Virus record (IMG/VR): IMGVR_UViG_3300013121_000034
Coordinates: 1-64,000 of that record
DNA: 64,000 nucleotides
Origin: a virus
Taxonomy: Duplodnaviria > Caudoviricetes
Reading direction: 5' to 3' (one strand)
In this document: positions 1 to 9,938 of the stretch, one piece after another
How positions within the stretch are numbered: position 1 is the stretch's first letter
How the letters are laid out: the number at the start of each line of letters is the position of its first letter
Made by a program: the position numbers and the translations under genes
Notes under the pieces: model-generated
What the model was told of the DNA's origin: nothing
The model's input: the letters and a program-made list of their open reading frames with translations, nothing else
Databases searched by the model: none

Positions 1-71
1 GCAGCGCGCTTTCATTCCAGCATACACGTTGTATAGTGGGTGATGCTTAATTCCGCGCTTCCTAACCTTAC

Positions 72-662
72 TCATGGCCCAATCTTTTTATCAGCCAATT
101 TTTTGGCACGCTTCAATGTGGCTAGTATATGCTTGCGCTTGGCAACGTCCAGCTTCGTTTTGATAGCATGTGTCGGAAGCACGACGTAAAAGAACGGCTT
201 TTTGGGAATCGTAGTGCCGAATTTGATTGGACCGGCATTGAAAATATCCTCGTAGTTGTCGCGGCTCTGCATCGCTACAGCCCACGTAGCGATTTCGCCT
301 AACACGACAATAACGCGTGGCCGAATTTTGTGAATCGTGTCGCGCAATTTTTTGTAGTCGTCGTGATGTTCTTTGCGCAACAACTCTCCGCGATACGGAA
401 CGAAAACGTCTCGCATGGCTTCGGCAAGCCACGTCGTAAAATTGTTGGCTACCTTGCCGTCTAACGGGCGTTCACGAAACACCGTGGCGATATGACAGGC
501 ACTTTTTTCAATGCCCGCTTCCTTGCACAAATCACGCAACACGTAACCGCGTTCGCCTGCTAGGATGAAGCCAATTTTCTCGTCGGCTTTATCTGGAGCC
601 GCAACTACAATCATAATGTGGTTGAAAGGCTTCGACGGCTTACGGTAGACAACCTTCGTCAT
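72..662 (-). CDS. Uracil-DNA glycosylase family 4-like protein with degenerate motifs
   Basis: IMIVVAAPDKADEKIGFILAGERGYVL resembles the VGEAPG..E...G.PFVG.AG..L motif; IRPRVIVVLGEIA; C-terminal LPTH. Confidence 0.6.
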   Translation of the reverse strand: MTKVVYRKPSKPFNHIMIVVAAPDKADEKIGFILAGERGYVLRDLCKEAGIEKSACHIATVFRERPLDGKVANNFTTWLAEAMRDVFVPYRGELLRKEHHDDYKKLRDTIHKIRPRVIVVLGEIATWAVAMQSRDNYEDIFNAGPIKFGTTIPKKPFFYVVLPTHAIKTKLDVAKRKHILATLKRAKKLADKKIGP

Positions 663-945
663 TCAGGTATTCCGTAAAGTTCGTAATGTATAGCAAGCAA
701 TATCAACCACGCCTCTTTCGAGAGGCGTTTCCTCCATTGATTTCTCGCGCTCGCAAGGGAGCGCGCCTCAAGCGACGTAAGCATTTAGGGCTTTCCTAGA
801 ATAGCATCCGCTGCACGTTCTTTACCAAAGTCGAATTGCTCCATAGCGTCTGCGCCCCAATGGAAATTTGAGGGCAGCGTCGCATTGCGTGCAAGGTCGG
901 CACACTCCGCGCGAACGCGTGCTTCAATCGCTTCGGTTTCTGTCA

Positions 946-1344
946 TCAAAAAGTGAACGCCTGAACAGGATCATCCATGTTTTGCAGTTTGCGATAGCGT
1001 TCATCGTAGGCTTCCGGTGTTATCACGCGCGGATTTGTTGCGCGTCCTGAATCCGGCTCAAATTGATATATGAGCCAAAAATCTTTTGGCACTTGCACCT
1101 GAATCGAAATGATAGCGGGTGCCGCGCCCTCAAATGACGACATGTGCAAATGCGTCGATATGAGAAACGAAAACACGTCTGTATTCAACGGTGAAACAGA
1201 ACCAAGGAATTGAGTGTCCTGCGATCCGCCAAAATCTGCTTCGAGAGCGGTGCGAATTGTAGAGTAAGTATCAAAGGCACCGTCCCAAAAGAACGCTTTG
1301 AATAGCGCAGGCTTGATACTCGTAACGATGAACGCTTGAGTCAT
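946..1344 (-). CDS. Hypothetical protein
   Basis: 132 aa ORF tightly packed in the minus-strand run. Confidence 0.6.
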   Translation of the reverse strand: MTQAFIVTSIKPALFKAFFWDGAFDTYSTIRTALEADFGGSQDTQFLGSVSPLNTDVFSFLISTHLHMSSFEGAAPAIISIQVQVPKDFWLIYQFEPDSGRATNPRVITPEAYDERYRKLQNMDDPVQAFTF

Positions 1345-1345
1345 G

Positions 1346-1708
1346 CTAGCCTCCAGTTTTCGTTTCGGCTTTCGTTTCGTCTTCCGCCGTGTCTACGATT
1401 TCCAATCCGGTTGACCTATGCTCCACTTTACGCGGTGTAAAATCCATGCATTTTTGATCGGGATGCACGAGCGGAAAAGAAGACGTAATCATGCTGGCAA
1501 GTTTGTTGCCTTGTGGTATGAGCGCCACGGCGCTATTCGGAGCATGACGTTTGCATGCGCCACGTTTTGCCGCAGTAACCTCCGGTGAAAGCGTAGGAGG
1601 AATATCAGGTGTGCCGCCATCACCAAAAACATATGCAGAGCAGTTGCCGCAACGCACTTTTTTGTCGGTCCTAAAACGTTCACCGCTCAGGAAAAAGGCC
1701 AAATCCAT
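1346..1708 (-). CDS. Small Cys-rich phage protein, putative metal binding
   Basis: CGNC...GACKRHAP...FPLV...CMDF pattern. Confidence 0.6.
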   Translation of the reverse strand: MDLAFFLSGERFRTDKKVRCGNCSAYVFGDGGTPDIPPTLSPEVTAAKRGACKRHAPNSAVALIPQGNKLASMITSSFPLVHPDQKCMDFTPRKVEHRSTGLEIVDTAEDETKAETKTGG

Positions 1709-1736
1709 TTTGCTGATCCCTTCTATACAAAAGACA

Positions 1737-1764
1737 AACGGGAGGGCCGAATTGCCCTCCCGTT
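1737..1764 (-). terminator. Intrinsic terminator after the SSB gene
   Basis: AACGGGAGGGC-CGAATT-GCCCTCCCGTT stem-loop followed by a T-rich tail on the minus strand. Confidence 0.7.
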
Positions 1765-1799
1765 ACCTACACGCTCGCCCCCGCGAGAACTATTGACGA

Positions 1800-2505
1800 T
1801 CAATCATCGTCGTCATCGTCATCGTCGTCCGAATCTTCATCATCCTCGTCGTCATCGGACGGCTTCTTTTTCTTTTTCTTCTTGGGCTTTTCGTCATCCT
1901 CGTCATCGTCGTCTGACGAACGCTTCTTTTTCTTTTTCTTCTTGGGCTCGTCGTCGTCATCGTCGTCGAGCAACTCATTCAACTCGTCGTCATCGTCATC
2001 GTCGTCATCCGATGAACGCTTCTTCTTTTTCTTTTTGGGTTTCTCGTCGTCCTCGTCGTCATCCCACGGAGCCTCGTCGTCCTCGTCGTCATCGGACGGC
2101 TTCTTTTTCTTTTTCTTCTTGGGCTCGTCGTCGTCATCGTCGTCGAGCAACTCATTCAACTCGTCGTCATCGTCCGATGAACGCTTTTTCTTTTTCTTGG
2201 GTTTCTCGTCGTCCTCGTCGTCCGACGAGTCATCGTCATCGTCATCGTCATCATCCGATGAACGTTTCTTCTTTTTCTTGGGTTTTTCGTCGTCCTCGTC
2301 ATCGTCATCGTCGGACGGCTTTTTCTTTTTCTTCTTGGGCTTTTCGTCGTCCTCGTCATCCTCAAGGTCGTCGCCGTCATCATCGCCTGAGTCGTCATCG
2401 TCATCGTCATCGCGACGCTTGCTGCCCTTCTTTTTCTTCTTGGGCTTATCGCCGTCATCATCTTCCATATCGGAAGCGTCATCGTCATCGTCATCGTCGT
2501 CGTCA
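1800..2505. repeat. Low-complexity coding repeats (Asp-run / KPKKKKK modules)
   Basis: Repeated tcgtca/tcgtcg runs alternating with ttctttttcttcttggg; ELNELL block duplicated. Confidence 0.95.
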
Positions 2506-3281
2506 GCTTTAGCCTTGAGAGGCTTACCCTTTTCGTCGACGAGCAGTTTCTCAAGACGCTTGGCTTCCGCCTCTGCGTCCTTGCCATGTTCTTTTTGGAT
2601 TTTGAGAAGGGCGCTCTCAATATCCCAAACCAAATAGGCTTCTTCTTCCTCGGTCAGCGGAGCGCGTTCGCCGCGCTGTAGGTTATACTGCTGCGCCGGA
2701 GTTTTCTCGCCGTCGTATTTGATTTCAACGTCGCGACCATACTTTTTATGGTCAATCGGCTTCGTGGTTTTCTTGTCCTTGATCGTAACCTTGTTGGTCG
2801 CGTTCAAATCCGTGACAAGGCTGAAAACCGACTGTCCGAAACGCTGCACAACAACGGGAGTCCACGACTCCGAATCCTTGTCCTTAAATCCGCTGGCGCG
2901 TTCCTCCGACGTAGGTTTCTTCTTTTTCTTGGGCGCGTCCTCTTGCAGACGGCGATCAATCACGTTCGCAGCAAACTGCTGCCGACCGCGCACGCCGTAT
3001 TTTTCGGCTAGCTTGCGCCACGGGTCTTTCTTGGTTTTCGATTCGTCAAAGTCGCCCTTCTTAATGTCGAACGACTGCGCCATCTTTTCGATGGTGATAA
3101 TCTTGCCGGTCTTGGGCGTCTTGATTCGGAAGCCGTAAGTGAAATACGTGGCTAGGCCCGGCAAATAGCGAATGGGGACAAACTTTTTCTTCTTCCCCAA
3201 ATCCAACATTTCGACTTGGGTGTTGAGGAACGTCCGATCACCACCCCCTCCGAAATTTTTGGTTGTCTGCCATGTTTGCAT
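1800..3281 (-). CDS. gp32-like single-stranded DNA-binding protein with a very long Asp/Lys block-repeat tail
   Basis: N-terminal about 250 aa with IRYLP, ANVID, GRDVEIK and PLTEEE motifs typical of phage SSBs; about 235 aa tail of DDDD..KPKKKKK repeats ending acidic. Confidence 0.7.
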   Translation of the reverse strand: MQTWQTTKNFGGGGDRTFLNTQVEMLDLGKKKKFVPIRYLPGLATYFTYGFRIKTPKTGKIITIEKMAQSFDIKKGDFDESKTKKDPWRKLAEKYGVRGRQQFAANVIDRRLQEDAPKKKKKPTSEERASGFKDKDSESWTPVVVQRFGQSVFSLVTDLNATNKVTIKDKKTTKPIDHKKYGRDVEIKYDGEKTPAQQYNLQRGERAPLTEEEEAYLVWDIESALLKIQKEHGKDAEAEAKRLEKLLVDEKGKPLKAKADDDDDDDDDASDMEDDDGDKPKKKKKGSKRRDDDDDDDSGDDDGDDLEDDEDDEKPKKKKKKPSDDDDDEDDEKPKKKKKRSSDDDDDDDDDSSDDEDDEKPKKKKKRSSDDDDELNELLDDDDDDEPKKKKKKKPSDDDEDDEAPWDDDEDDEKPKKKKKKRSSDDDDDDDDELNELLDDDDDDEPKKKKKKKRSSDDDDEDDEKPKKKKKKKPSDDDEDDEDSDDDDDDDDD

Positions 3282-3345
3282 TACGAATCTCCTGTCAGTC
3301 TGACTGGTTTGGTAGGCGCGCGTTACGCACCTTCTTTACCACAAC

Positions 3346-3843
3346 TCATTTCGAAGCGGTGGATAGGAAGCGCAACCGACTACTCGGTTCGCGCGTTTCA
3401 TCGACAACAGCATCCAAGCGTTCCGCTTCTGGCATTGCTATGTCGAAAACTTTTTCTAGGTCGATCATCGTAGGATGCAGCTTACTGAAATTCAAAATGG
3501 CATAGTAATCGGTATAAGCGTGAGGATAAGACACGCCCATCTGCAAACCACGCGGCGTTTGCGAGAAAAGTTTGAGGCCGCTTACCAAGGCCATCTGCGC
3601 GTCTTCAAATGCACGGCTGTTATACGTGGCCGTCGTCAGATCAATTTTGTAGACACCCTTGACGTATTTTAATCCGAACGCGGAGCGCATCAATGCACCG
3701 TCAAGGTCCATTCGCCTTACATCAAAATGATCGAGCGTTGAGAGCCTCGGTATTTGATAGTGATGGCCGTAACGACGCAGGAAACGCAGTGTGTCGTTTA
3801 ACAGCCTTGCAGCATTCTTTTTGGCTACTGGAAACAGCGTCAC
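3346..3843 (-). CDS. Hypothetical protein
   Basis: 165 aa ORF whose start overlaps the stop of the sigma factor gene. Confidence 0.65.
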   Translation of the reverse strand: MTLFPVAKKNAARLLNDTLRFLRRYGHHYQIPRLSTLDHFDVRRMDLDGALMRSAFGLKYVKGVYKIDLTTATYNSRAFEDAQMALVSGLKLFSQTPRGLQMGVSYPHAYTDYYAILNFSKLHPTMIDLEKVFDIAMPEAERLDAVVDETREPSSRLRFLSTASK

Positions 3844-4895
3844 AGTGTAGCCCTAAGCTGTGCTATTTCCTCCTGCGACAGAGGATACATGAGTCCCATT
3901 TCTAGGAAGCCCATGCGCGTTTTGTCAGCATGCGCAGCTAGCCGCACGAGGTAATTCTTTTCGCTCGTGTTGACGATTTCATCCTCAAGCAAATCCGATG
4001 GAATCGTGTCGACCGTTTTCTCGTCAATCTGATGCGAGAAATTCGCTATCTGCTTTCCCTTGTTAATCATGGAACGGCGACGGGCTGCGGGCATATGATA
4101 GGACACGCCGTATTCGTGGCTGGTCGCGCTTTGTGTTGCGCCGTCCTTCAACCACCACCGCAAAAACATCGTGAGCGTCCCCTTTTCGGAACGGTATTTG
4201 TCGATGGCTTTGAATGTGGATAGCGTCAAGTCCTTGAAAAGATCATTCAGATTGATAACGAGTTTCGTAGCCTTCACATAACGACGCGCGACGTTGTAAA
4301 CGAACCGCACGTATTTTTCCACGATCATTGCGCGGAAGCGATAGGCTAGCGCCATCCACGATTTCGATTCACGCACAGCGTAGTAGAACGACTCGCGCGA
4401 TTTCTTGAATCGGAATTTGCGCAGCGCGCTTTGATTGGTCGCAAGCGCATCGAGATATATGGACGTAGGCTTGCCACGCAAAACGCGAGGCAGCGAGTCG
4501 ATGTAATCGCCGGTCATACCGTGAAAGCGTTGCAGAATGTGAAAAAGAATCGACCGCTCAAGCTGCATTTTCTTGAGCAGCCTCGCTTTCGTCTCAAAGT
4601 CGTCCGTAACGATCAGAGAGAAAATGTGTGCCGCCAATTCATCGTTGCGATCAAATGCCGACACCTTACGGCGTCGGTTGTCGATCACTAGATGCATCAT
4701 TTCGGCTAGAACGTCTTCGATAAAGTATGTCGTGCGCAATATCGGCTCCAACGCCCGCTGTAACAAGGCGTCAAGCACATACTCAATCTGTTCGCCGTCA
4801 AGCTGCTGCGGTAGTTGTTCCTTGAAACCAAGGATTTGCGCCATCATATTCAAGACGGTTCTTTTGCCTCCCGGCGTAGAACGCAGCGACCACAT
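3840..4895 (-). CDS. Phage RNA polymerase sigma70-like factor
   Basis: Region 2-like segment IVEKYVRFVYNVARRY...DLFKDLTLSTFKAIDKYRSEKGTLTMFLRWWLK; no clear region 4 HTH. True start may be slightly downstream. Confidence 0.75.
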   Translation of the reverse strand: MWSLRSTPGGKRTVLNMMAQILGFKEQLPQQLDGEQIEYVLDALLQRALEPILRTTYFIEDVLAEMMHLVIDNRRRKVSAFDRNDELAAHIFSLIVTDDFETKARLLKKMQLERSILFHILQRFHGMTGDYIDSLPRVLRGKPTSIYLDALATNQSALRKFRFKKSRESFYYAVRESKSWMALAYRFRAMIVEKYVRFVYNVARRYVKATKLVINLNDLFKDLTLSTFKAIDKYRSEKGTLTMFLRWWLKDGATQSATSHEYGVSYHMPAARRRSMINKGKQIANFSHQIDEKTVDTIPSDLLEDEIVNTSEKNYLVRLAAHADKTRMGFLEMGLMYPLSQEEIAQLRATL

Positions 4896-5016
4896 ATTTC
4901 GCGCACATGCTCAGGCGTCATAGGAAGCTTGCCTTCGAGTGCGAGCGCATAACTATCGCTGCACACAAAACCGAACGCGGCTGTAATTTCGCAATCACAA
5001 TCGCGGCACAAACGCA

Positions 5017-5442
5017 TCATTCTTTTCTGCGCCTCAACGTTTCCTCCATTCGATCCATTCGCTTATGCAACGAATCGAATTGACGCGAGTTGTAGTTGGC
5101 GTGTGCCTGCGGCGTCAGGCTGATGTAAATAATCATACCCTTCTCAAGCAAGAAATCATCGAATCGCGTATGCCCTGCTTTCTTAAACAAGGTATCAAAA
5201 AGAATTGCGTTGCTCGGATAGTTCCAAATGAACATCTGATTCGTCTGAAACCTAGCGCAAAAATCAGCAAGCCTTTCGTCTTCAACGACACGATGCGGAA
5301 TCCAAACCAACGCCTTGGAATCTTTGAGCGGATCGTCAACAGGCGGCAAAGGCGGAAGCGGCGTTTCCGCTTCAACCTCTTTCACAACGTTTTGAATTTC
5401 GTCGGGCAGCGCAGCCAAGGCGTCTGATTTACCGTTAGGCAT
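5017..5442 (-). CDS. Hypothetical protein
   Basis: 141 aa ORF with GAGG RBS. Confidence 0.65.
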   Translation of the reverse strand: MPNGKSDALAALPDEIQNVVKEVEAETPLPPLPPVDDPLKDSKALVWIPHRVVEDERLADFCARFQTNQMFIWNYPSNAILFDTLFKKAGHTRFDDFLLEKGMIIYISLTPQAHANYNSRQFDSLHKRMDRMEETLRRRKE

Positions 5443-5443
5443 G

Positions 5444-6463
5444 TCAATCGTCCTCTTTTTTGCGCTTGGGCGGCGCGTCTTCGATTACGATATGCTTAGC
5501 TTGCTCCAGCGTTTTCTTCGCTAGAGAGGCGAGTGATTTTGGCACCTTACGACCGGCCAGATAATACGACAGCGTGTCGGCGAAAAGTTCTTCCGGCGAC
5601 TGCATAGCATATTCAGTCAGCAGCATCGACTGATTTGGCAACACGATAGTTTCTTGCGGCCACACCTTTTTCAATCCGCGCCCGGCTTTCAGCAAATCGC
5701 GCAAATTGTAGGAGGACAGCGAATGAACGCGACTGAGGTATTTCATAACCTCTTTAAGCGCAATCAAATCGACCGGCTCTGCTACCGACTTGCGATAAGC
5801 CGCCAATGAGCCTGCTTCCACAATATTGTCACGCATTTCAGCAAGTGAATTTGCGCCATACTTGTTCTTTTCGACGGCTTCCTCGAAAGCTTCAATCCAT
5901 GACGCGTGAATGTCGTCGTCGGTGCGCGTAAACCAAATGCCATGCGCCAATTCGTGATACACAGCATAACGCACGTCATCTTTTGAGCGATACGTTTCTG
6001 CGAACAGTTCCATTTCGTCGGGCAGTTCTGCATTGCTGCGATGATAATACGTGCCTAGCATAAACAGCTTTCCGCTGCGTTTCGGCGGCTTCACAAATGA
6101 CACGATTTTCTTGGCGGGCAGCACATCGAGTTCTTTTAGATGTGCCACACATTTTTCGGCAACACGAATGAGGAAATCACGCTCGTCCGATTTCATCTTG
6201 CGCATAAAATACACGGGACCAAGCCCGTTGATTTGCATACGTTTGAAAATGGGATCGCACTGCACGCCGTAGACGCTACCCGAACGTGGCGCGTCGCCCA
6301 TGTTTGCGATGAAATCGCGTGGCGATATGTCCACAATTTCGTTGTAGTCGCCAAGCTTCACGCTCTGCTTATCGCGTAGCACAAACTTTTCATCGACGAA
6401 GCGGACAAGCCGATTGGTTTTGTCATGCTCAACGACGAGATAATCACCTTCGGTATGCCGCAT
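5444..6463 (-). CDS. Zincin-like (HExxH) metallopeptidase-domain protein
   Basis: YHELAHGIW plus downstream YAMQSPEELFAD; start placed at the ATG after a GAGG RBS. Confidence 0.65.
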   Translation of the reverse strand: MRHTEGDYLVVEHDKTNRLVRFVDEKFVLRDKQSVKLGDYNEIVDISPRDFIANMGDAPRSGSVYGVQCDPIFKRMQINGLGPVYFMRKMKSDERDFLIRVAEKCVAHLKELDVLPAKKIVSFVKPPKRSGKLFMLGTYYHRSNAELPDEMELFAETYRSKDDVRYAVYHELAHGIWFTRTDDDIHASWIEAFEEAVEKNKYGANSLAEMRDNIVEAGSLAAYRKSVAEPVDLIALKEVMKYLSRVHSLSSYNLRDLLKAGRGLKKVWPQETIVLPNQSMLLTEYAMQSPEELFADTLSYYLAGRKVPKSLASLAKKTLEQAKHIVIEDAPPKRKKEDD

Positions 6464-6561
6464 TAGCAAGTCCTCAAAACGAAAATGGGTGCCAAGGGCG
6501 CAATCAAGCGCCCCTCGCACCCCTCTTTACCTCAAACGCCCCGATCAGTTTCTTTTATCGA

Positions 6562-7083
6562 TCAACAAATACGTGCAGCTACAGGCATGTAGGCAAGCGC
6601 ATCTGTCGCCGCTTGGATAGCCTTGGCTCGAATTATCAATTCGATGCCGATTTTCTTATCAACCTCTGCGTAAATAAAGAACGCCGGTGCCATCAGCGTC
6701 GTCCAGCACGACGCGTTGTTCAGATATTCGTCACACACGCGATTAATGACACCGTGCGCATCGTTCGTATTCCACAGATAGCTTCCAAGTTCTAGCAACT
6801 CTCGGCGCATATTAACAAGCGCAGCGTATTGCGTATGCGCTTCCATAAAGGGCGGCACACTTTGCGTTAGAAACGCTTCTGAAATTTGGCGACGTGCCAA
6901 TTTCATGTGCGTCTCAATGATCGAGTGGGACAAAATCGAACGCGGCTCCATATCCTCCAGCGGATGATAGGCTACCTCGACGTAGTTGTGGCCCAAACTT
7001 TTGGGGGGCGGGTATTTACTACCCATGACACTTAAATCTTTCTGTCGATCAGATATTTGAAAACGGTGAGAAGGTGTTTGCAT
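6562..7083 (-). CDS. Hypothetical protein
   Basis: ORF in gene run; true start probably MGSKYPP near 7026. Confidence 0.6.
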   Translation of the reverse strand: MQTPSHRFQISDRQKDLSVMGSKYPPPKSLGHNYVEVAYHPLEDMEPRSILSHSIIETHMKLARRQISEAFLTQSVPPFMEAHTQYAALVNMRRELLELGSYLWNTNDAHGVINRVCDEYLNNASCWTTLMAPAFFIYAEVDKKIGIELIIRAKAIQAATDALAYMPVAARIC

Positions 7084-8726
7084 AGCCCTTGATACTCGCC
7101 GGGATTTCGTTGCTCAGGCGGCTCGCCGTTACCGTGGATCATTTGCGAGTTACCGTTGGCGACAGCGACGTACTCGAACGTAAACATCCAGTCCGGGCAG
7201 TTATGAACGATGATGCCATTGGCAGAAAAAGCGTTGCCGTCTGGCACGGTACAATCGTAAACGGTTTCTACGCCAACGCTCTTTACCGCAACTACCTCCG
7301 ATGTTCTACGCGGCATGGGATTACGTTTGAACTTTTTTGACGGTTTACGGTTAGGATGAACTGAATTAATCAGCTTGAAAAAGCTGTCGCAATATTCTCC
7401 CGTAATATCCAACATATACAACGGTTTTGTTTCTGACACTTTTTTGCTATTTGCAACCGCTAAAGATGTGGCGGCTCTGTACAAACGCAGCTTGGATACG
7501 ATTCCAAAGTAAGATAACGCTAGCTGAGTTCTATACAGCAGTTCTTTGTTTGTATTGTATATGCAACAAGTGAAACCGTCTTTGGATAGCGAGCCGTCAG
7601 TATCATACAAACCCGCCAAAAACCCAGCCATTACTGCTGGTTCACGCATAATCTTTTTGGTTAGTGTTTTGAACCCACGCTGAATTCCATAGTTGGTTAG
7701 TGCTTCGCTCATGCTACGCGTAAATTTAACACGCAGACCTTGCGTACCGTTATCGTTTTGAATTGGAGTAGCGTCTGCGATATGCGGGCTTTTTTTGATG
7801 TGCTTGAAAATTTCACCTTTGTCGCTATACAGACGCAAATCGGGTCGACCATCAGTAAAGAAAGAACCATCCCCTACAATAAGCCCAAACAAATATCCGA
7901 GCCGCCGTGCCGTTTTTAATTCTGCACGTTTTATACGAGTGCGCGGCGACTGCGAACAATTCAACACAACCTTGTCACCGGGCTTCAATTGATCCATGCG
8001 TTTCCATGCGTCTCGCACATAAGTAACGCTACCGAGATAGTTGTTTCTACCAGCCATAGCCGGAAAACTTTTATGAATTTCTTCGACCAATATCAAATGC
8101 TCGGCAGTGGCTTTAACGGCATATCCGTTATGCGTCGTCAGTTCGAAAACCTCTCTTTCTCCGGTCGGCCAAAATCTTGTTCCGGCCAAAATTTTTCCGT
8201 TTACTAGATAGTCTACCGACAATTTTGGATTTGGTTTATCGCTTGCTAATTCTTTGACTTGACGAATACCCTCCGCTGTATGAACGAAAGTATCGCCGGT
8301 TACGCAGTTACACGTCGCTTTGACAACGGAATCACAAAACTTTTTCTGCGGCTCCATTCGCAAAATGCGGTGTTGCCAGTAGCGCACCTTTACCTTACGA
8401 CCTGCGCCTTCGGTCGTCACCGTCTCTGAGATAATGAGATTTGGATTTTGGTTGCTCTGTTTCAGCTTCTTAATTGAAACGCGATCACGCGTTGCAGTAT
8501 ATAGGCGCGAGCGCGGGCCGTTTGCAAACCAACGACGCAGTGTCAGCGAACCCTTTTTGATTATCTTGCGCTTCGGCGTTTTGCCGTCAAGCGACCAAAG
8601 AACTGATTTCTCACCCAAGTCTTTGCGCGGTTTTACCTCGCCCGCCTTTTTGCCGAGCGACGTAAATAGACGACGGGCGCGATCACGCGCAGCTTGTAGT
8701 GATTTGGCAGAGAAATTCGCAGCCAT
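7032..8726 (-). CDS. SWIM zinc-finger protein interrupted by an intein
   Basis: Spliced product reads KATCN-CPDW...GLCKHL (CxC...CxH SWIM motif), 195 aa after splicing. Confidence 0.8.
   Translation of the reverse strand: MAANFSAKSLQAARDRARRLFTSLGKKAGEVKPRKDLGEKSVLWSLDGKTPKRKIIKKGSLTLRRWFANGPRSRLYTATRDRVSIKKLKQSNQNPNLIISETVTTEGAGRKVKVRYWQHRILRMEPQKKFCDSVVKATCNCVTGDTFVHTAEGIRQVKELASDKPNPKLSVDYLVNGKILAGTRFWPTGEREVFELTTHNGYAVKATAEHLILVEEIHKSFPAMAGRNNYLGSVTYVRDAWKRMDQLKPGDKVVLNCSQSPRTRIKRAELKTARRLGYLFGLIVGDGSFFTDGRPDLRLYSDKGEIFKHIKKSPHIADATPIQNDNGTQGLRVKFTRSMSEALTNYGIQRGFKTLTKKIMREPAVMAGFLAGLYDTDGSLSKDGFTCCIYNTNKELLYRTQLALSYFGIVSKLRLYRAATSLAVANSKKVSETKPLYMLDITGEYCDSFFKLINSVHPNRKPSKKFKRNPMPRRTSEVVAVKSVGVETVYDCTVPDGNAFSANGIIVHNCPDWMFTFEYVAVANGNSQMIHGNGEPPEQRNPGEYQGLCKHLLTVFKYLIDRKI
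7200..8306 (-). mobile_element. Intein with LAGLIDADG homing endonuclease (369 aa)
   Basis: Starts CVTGDTFV; block B ATAEHLIL; LFGLIVGDG and FLAGLYDTDG; block F VYDCTV; ends IIVHN followed by Cys; AT-richer than flanks. Confidence 0.95.
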
Positions 8727-8770
8727 TTTCCGTGTCGCACTATGATTCTTTTTGACACAGAAAATTAGAC

Positions 8771-9049
8771 CTATAGGTCGCCAAAACCTTGATCGGCTGC
8801 CTTATTAATGAATAAGTTTTTGAGGCGATATGCAGTTGATCTGTGCTTGGCTATCGCGTCAGCTTTGGCTTGATCTTTTTCCGATAGCTCACGTTTTCTA
8901 TTATCCAATCGCTTGGACGACACCAGCAATTCGGCCTGCATTGCGCGACCGGCTTCTTCGTGAAGCCGGTCGGCTAACCATTTAATGTCCTCGGGATCGA
9001 GTTCTACGAGAACTTTTGGTTGATTGGATTTAGCCTGTTCGTCCGGCAT
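8771..9049 (-). CDS. Hypothetical protein
   Basis: 92 aa ORF in packed run. Confidence 0.6.
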   Translation of the reverse strand: MPDEQAKSNQPKVLVELDPEDIKWLADRLHEEAGRAMQAELLVSSKRLDNRKRELSEKDQAKADAIAKHRSTAYRLKNLFINKAADQGFGDL

Positions 9050-9269
9050 CCGTCACGTTGTCCCAATTGAACTGGAACGTAATGTTCATGCTGCCATCTG
9101 CATTGAACTGAATTTCTTGCAGACAGGGGTCGTGTATCTCTATGTAGTCGTTTTCATCGTAAACACGAACGCCGCCTTTTACATCGGCCTTGCCATGTTC
9201 GCGGATTGCCTCCGCCCACTTTTTCAAGTAGGTGGAGACACGCGTGTCGTTGGTTTGATCGTCGGTCAT
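9030..9269 (-). CDS. Hypothetical protein
   Basis: 79 aa ORF abutting the pyrE stop. Confidence 0.6.
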   Translation of the reverse strand: MTDDQTNDTRVSTYLKKWAEAIREHGKADVKGGVRVYDENDYIEIHDPCLQEIQFNADGSMNITFQFNWDNVTDAGRTG

Positions 9270-9938
9270 TTAAGCGTAGACCGTGAAATCTCGCTTTAGG
9301 TATATCGCATGCAGCGGAATATTGGCTGCACGAAATAGCGAATCGCCGCCTTCCTCTCGATCCAAAATGGCGAGAACACCGACGATCTTTGCGTTTGGTG
9401 CGACAGAGCGGATGGCGTCAACCGACTTCATCGCCGATGCGCCGCTCGTGGTCACGTCCTCCACGATCAAAATAGGGCAACGCTCCAACAACAACGGATC
9501 AATGCCATCGACGAGCGCGTTGGTGCCGTGACCTTTCGGTTCTTTTCGCGTGAAAAATCCAAGGCGTTGACGCTTGCTGTGATCGCCAGTGAGCAAGCAC
9601 ATTGTTGAAAGCGGTATAGCTCCCATTTCCATGCCGCCAATGAGAAGCGGTGCGGGCGAATTATCGTATTCACCGATTTCAGGATTGTTCCTGAGATACG
9701 GTTCGACGTGATGCTCAATATGCCAATTGAAAAGAATGGCGAGCATATGCATCGGCAACGAGTCGAACATGATTTGCTTCATGTCGAAATACGCGCGGCT
9801 CATTCCTCCAGCCGACAATTTGAACGGCTGCTCGCGTTCACGAAATGCGCGCAGGTTGATAATGTCGCTGAGACTAACATGAGTAGCGCGCACGTCAGTA
9901 TATTGGTTGCAACCATTTTCAATTGCAGGACTACGCAT
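9270..9938 (-). CDS. pyrE: Orotate phosphoribosyltransferase
   Basis: FKLSAGGMSRAYFD, RKEPKGHG, PRPP motif ILIVEDVTTSGAS, ILDREEGG. Confidence 0.92.
   Translation of the reverse strand: MRSPAIENGCNQYTDVRATHVSLSDIINLRAFREREQPFKLSAGGMSRAYFDMKQIMFDSLPMHMLAILFNWHIEHHVEPYLRNNPEIGEYDNSPAPLLIGGMEMGAIPLSTMCLLTGDHSKRQRLGFFTRKEPKGHGTNALVDGIDPLLLERCPILIVEDVTTSGASAMKSVDAIRSVAPNAKIVGVLAILDREEGGDSLFRAANIPLHAIYLKRDFTVYA

Noticed and set aside
1793-2637. Poly-Ser/Phe, poly-Arg/His and poly-Thr/Met ORFs (also at 42874-43544)
   Set aside because: Antisense or alternate-frame shadows of the Asp/Lys repeats.
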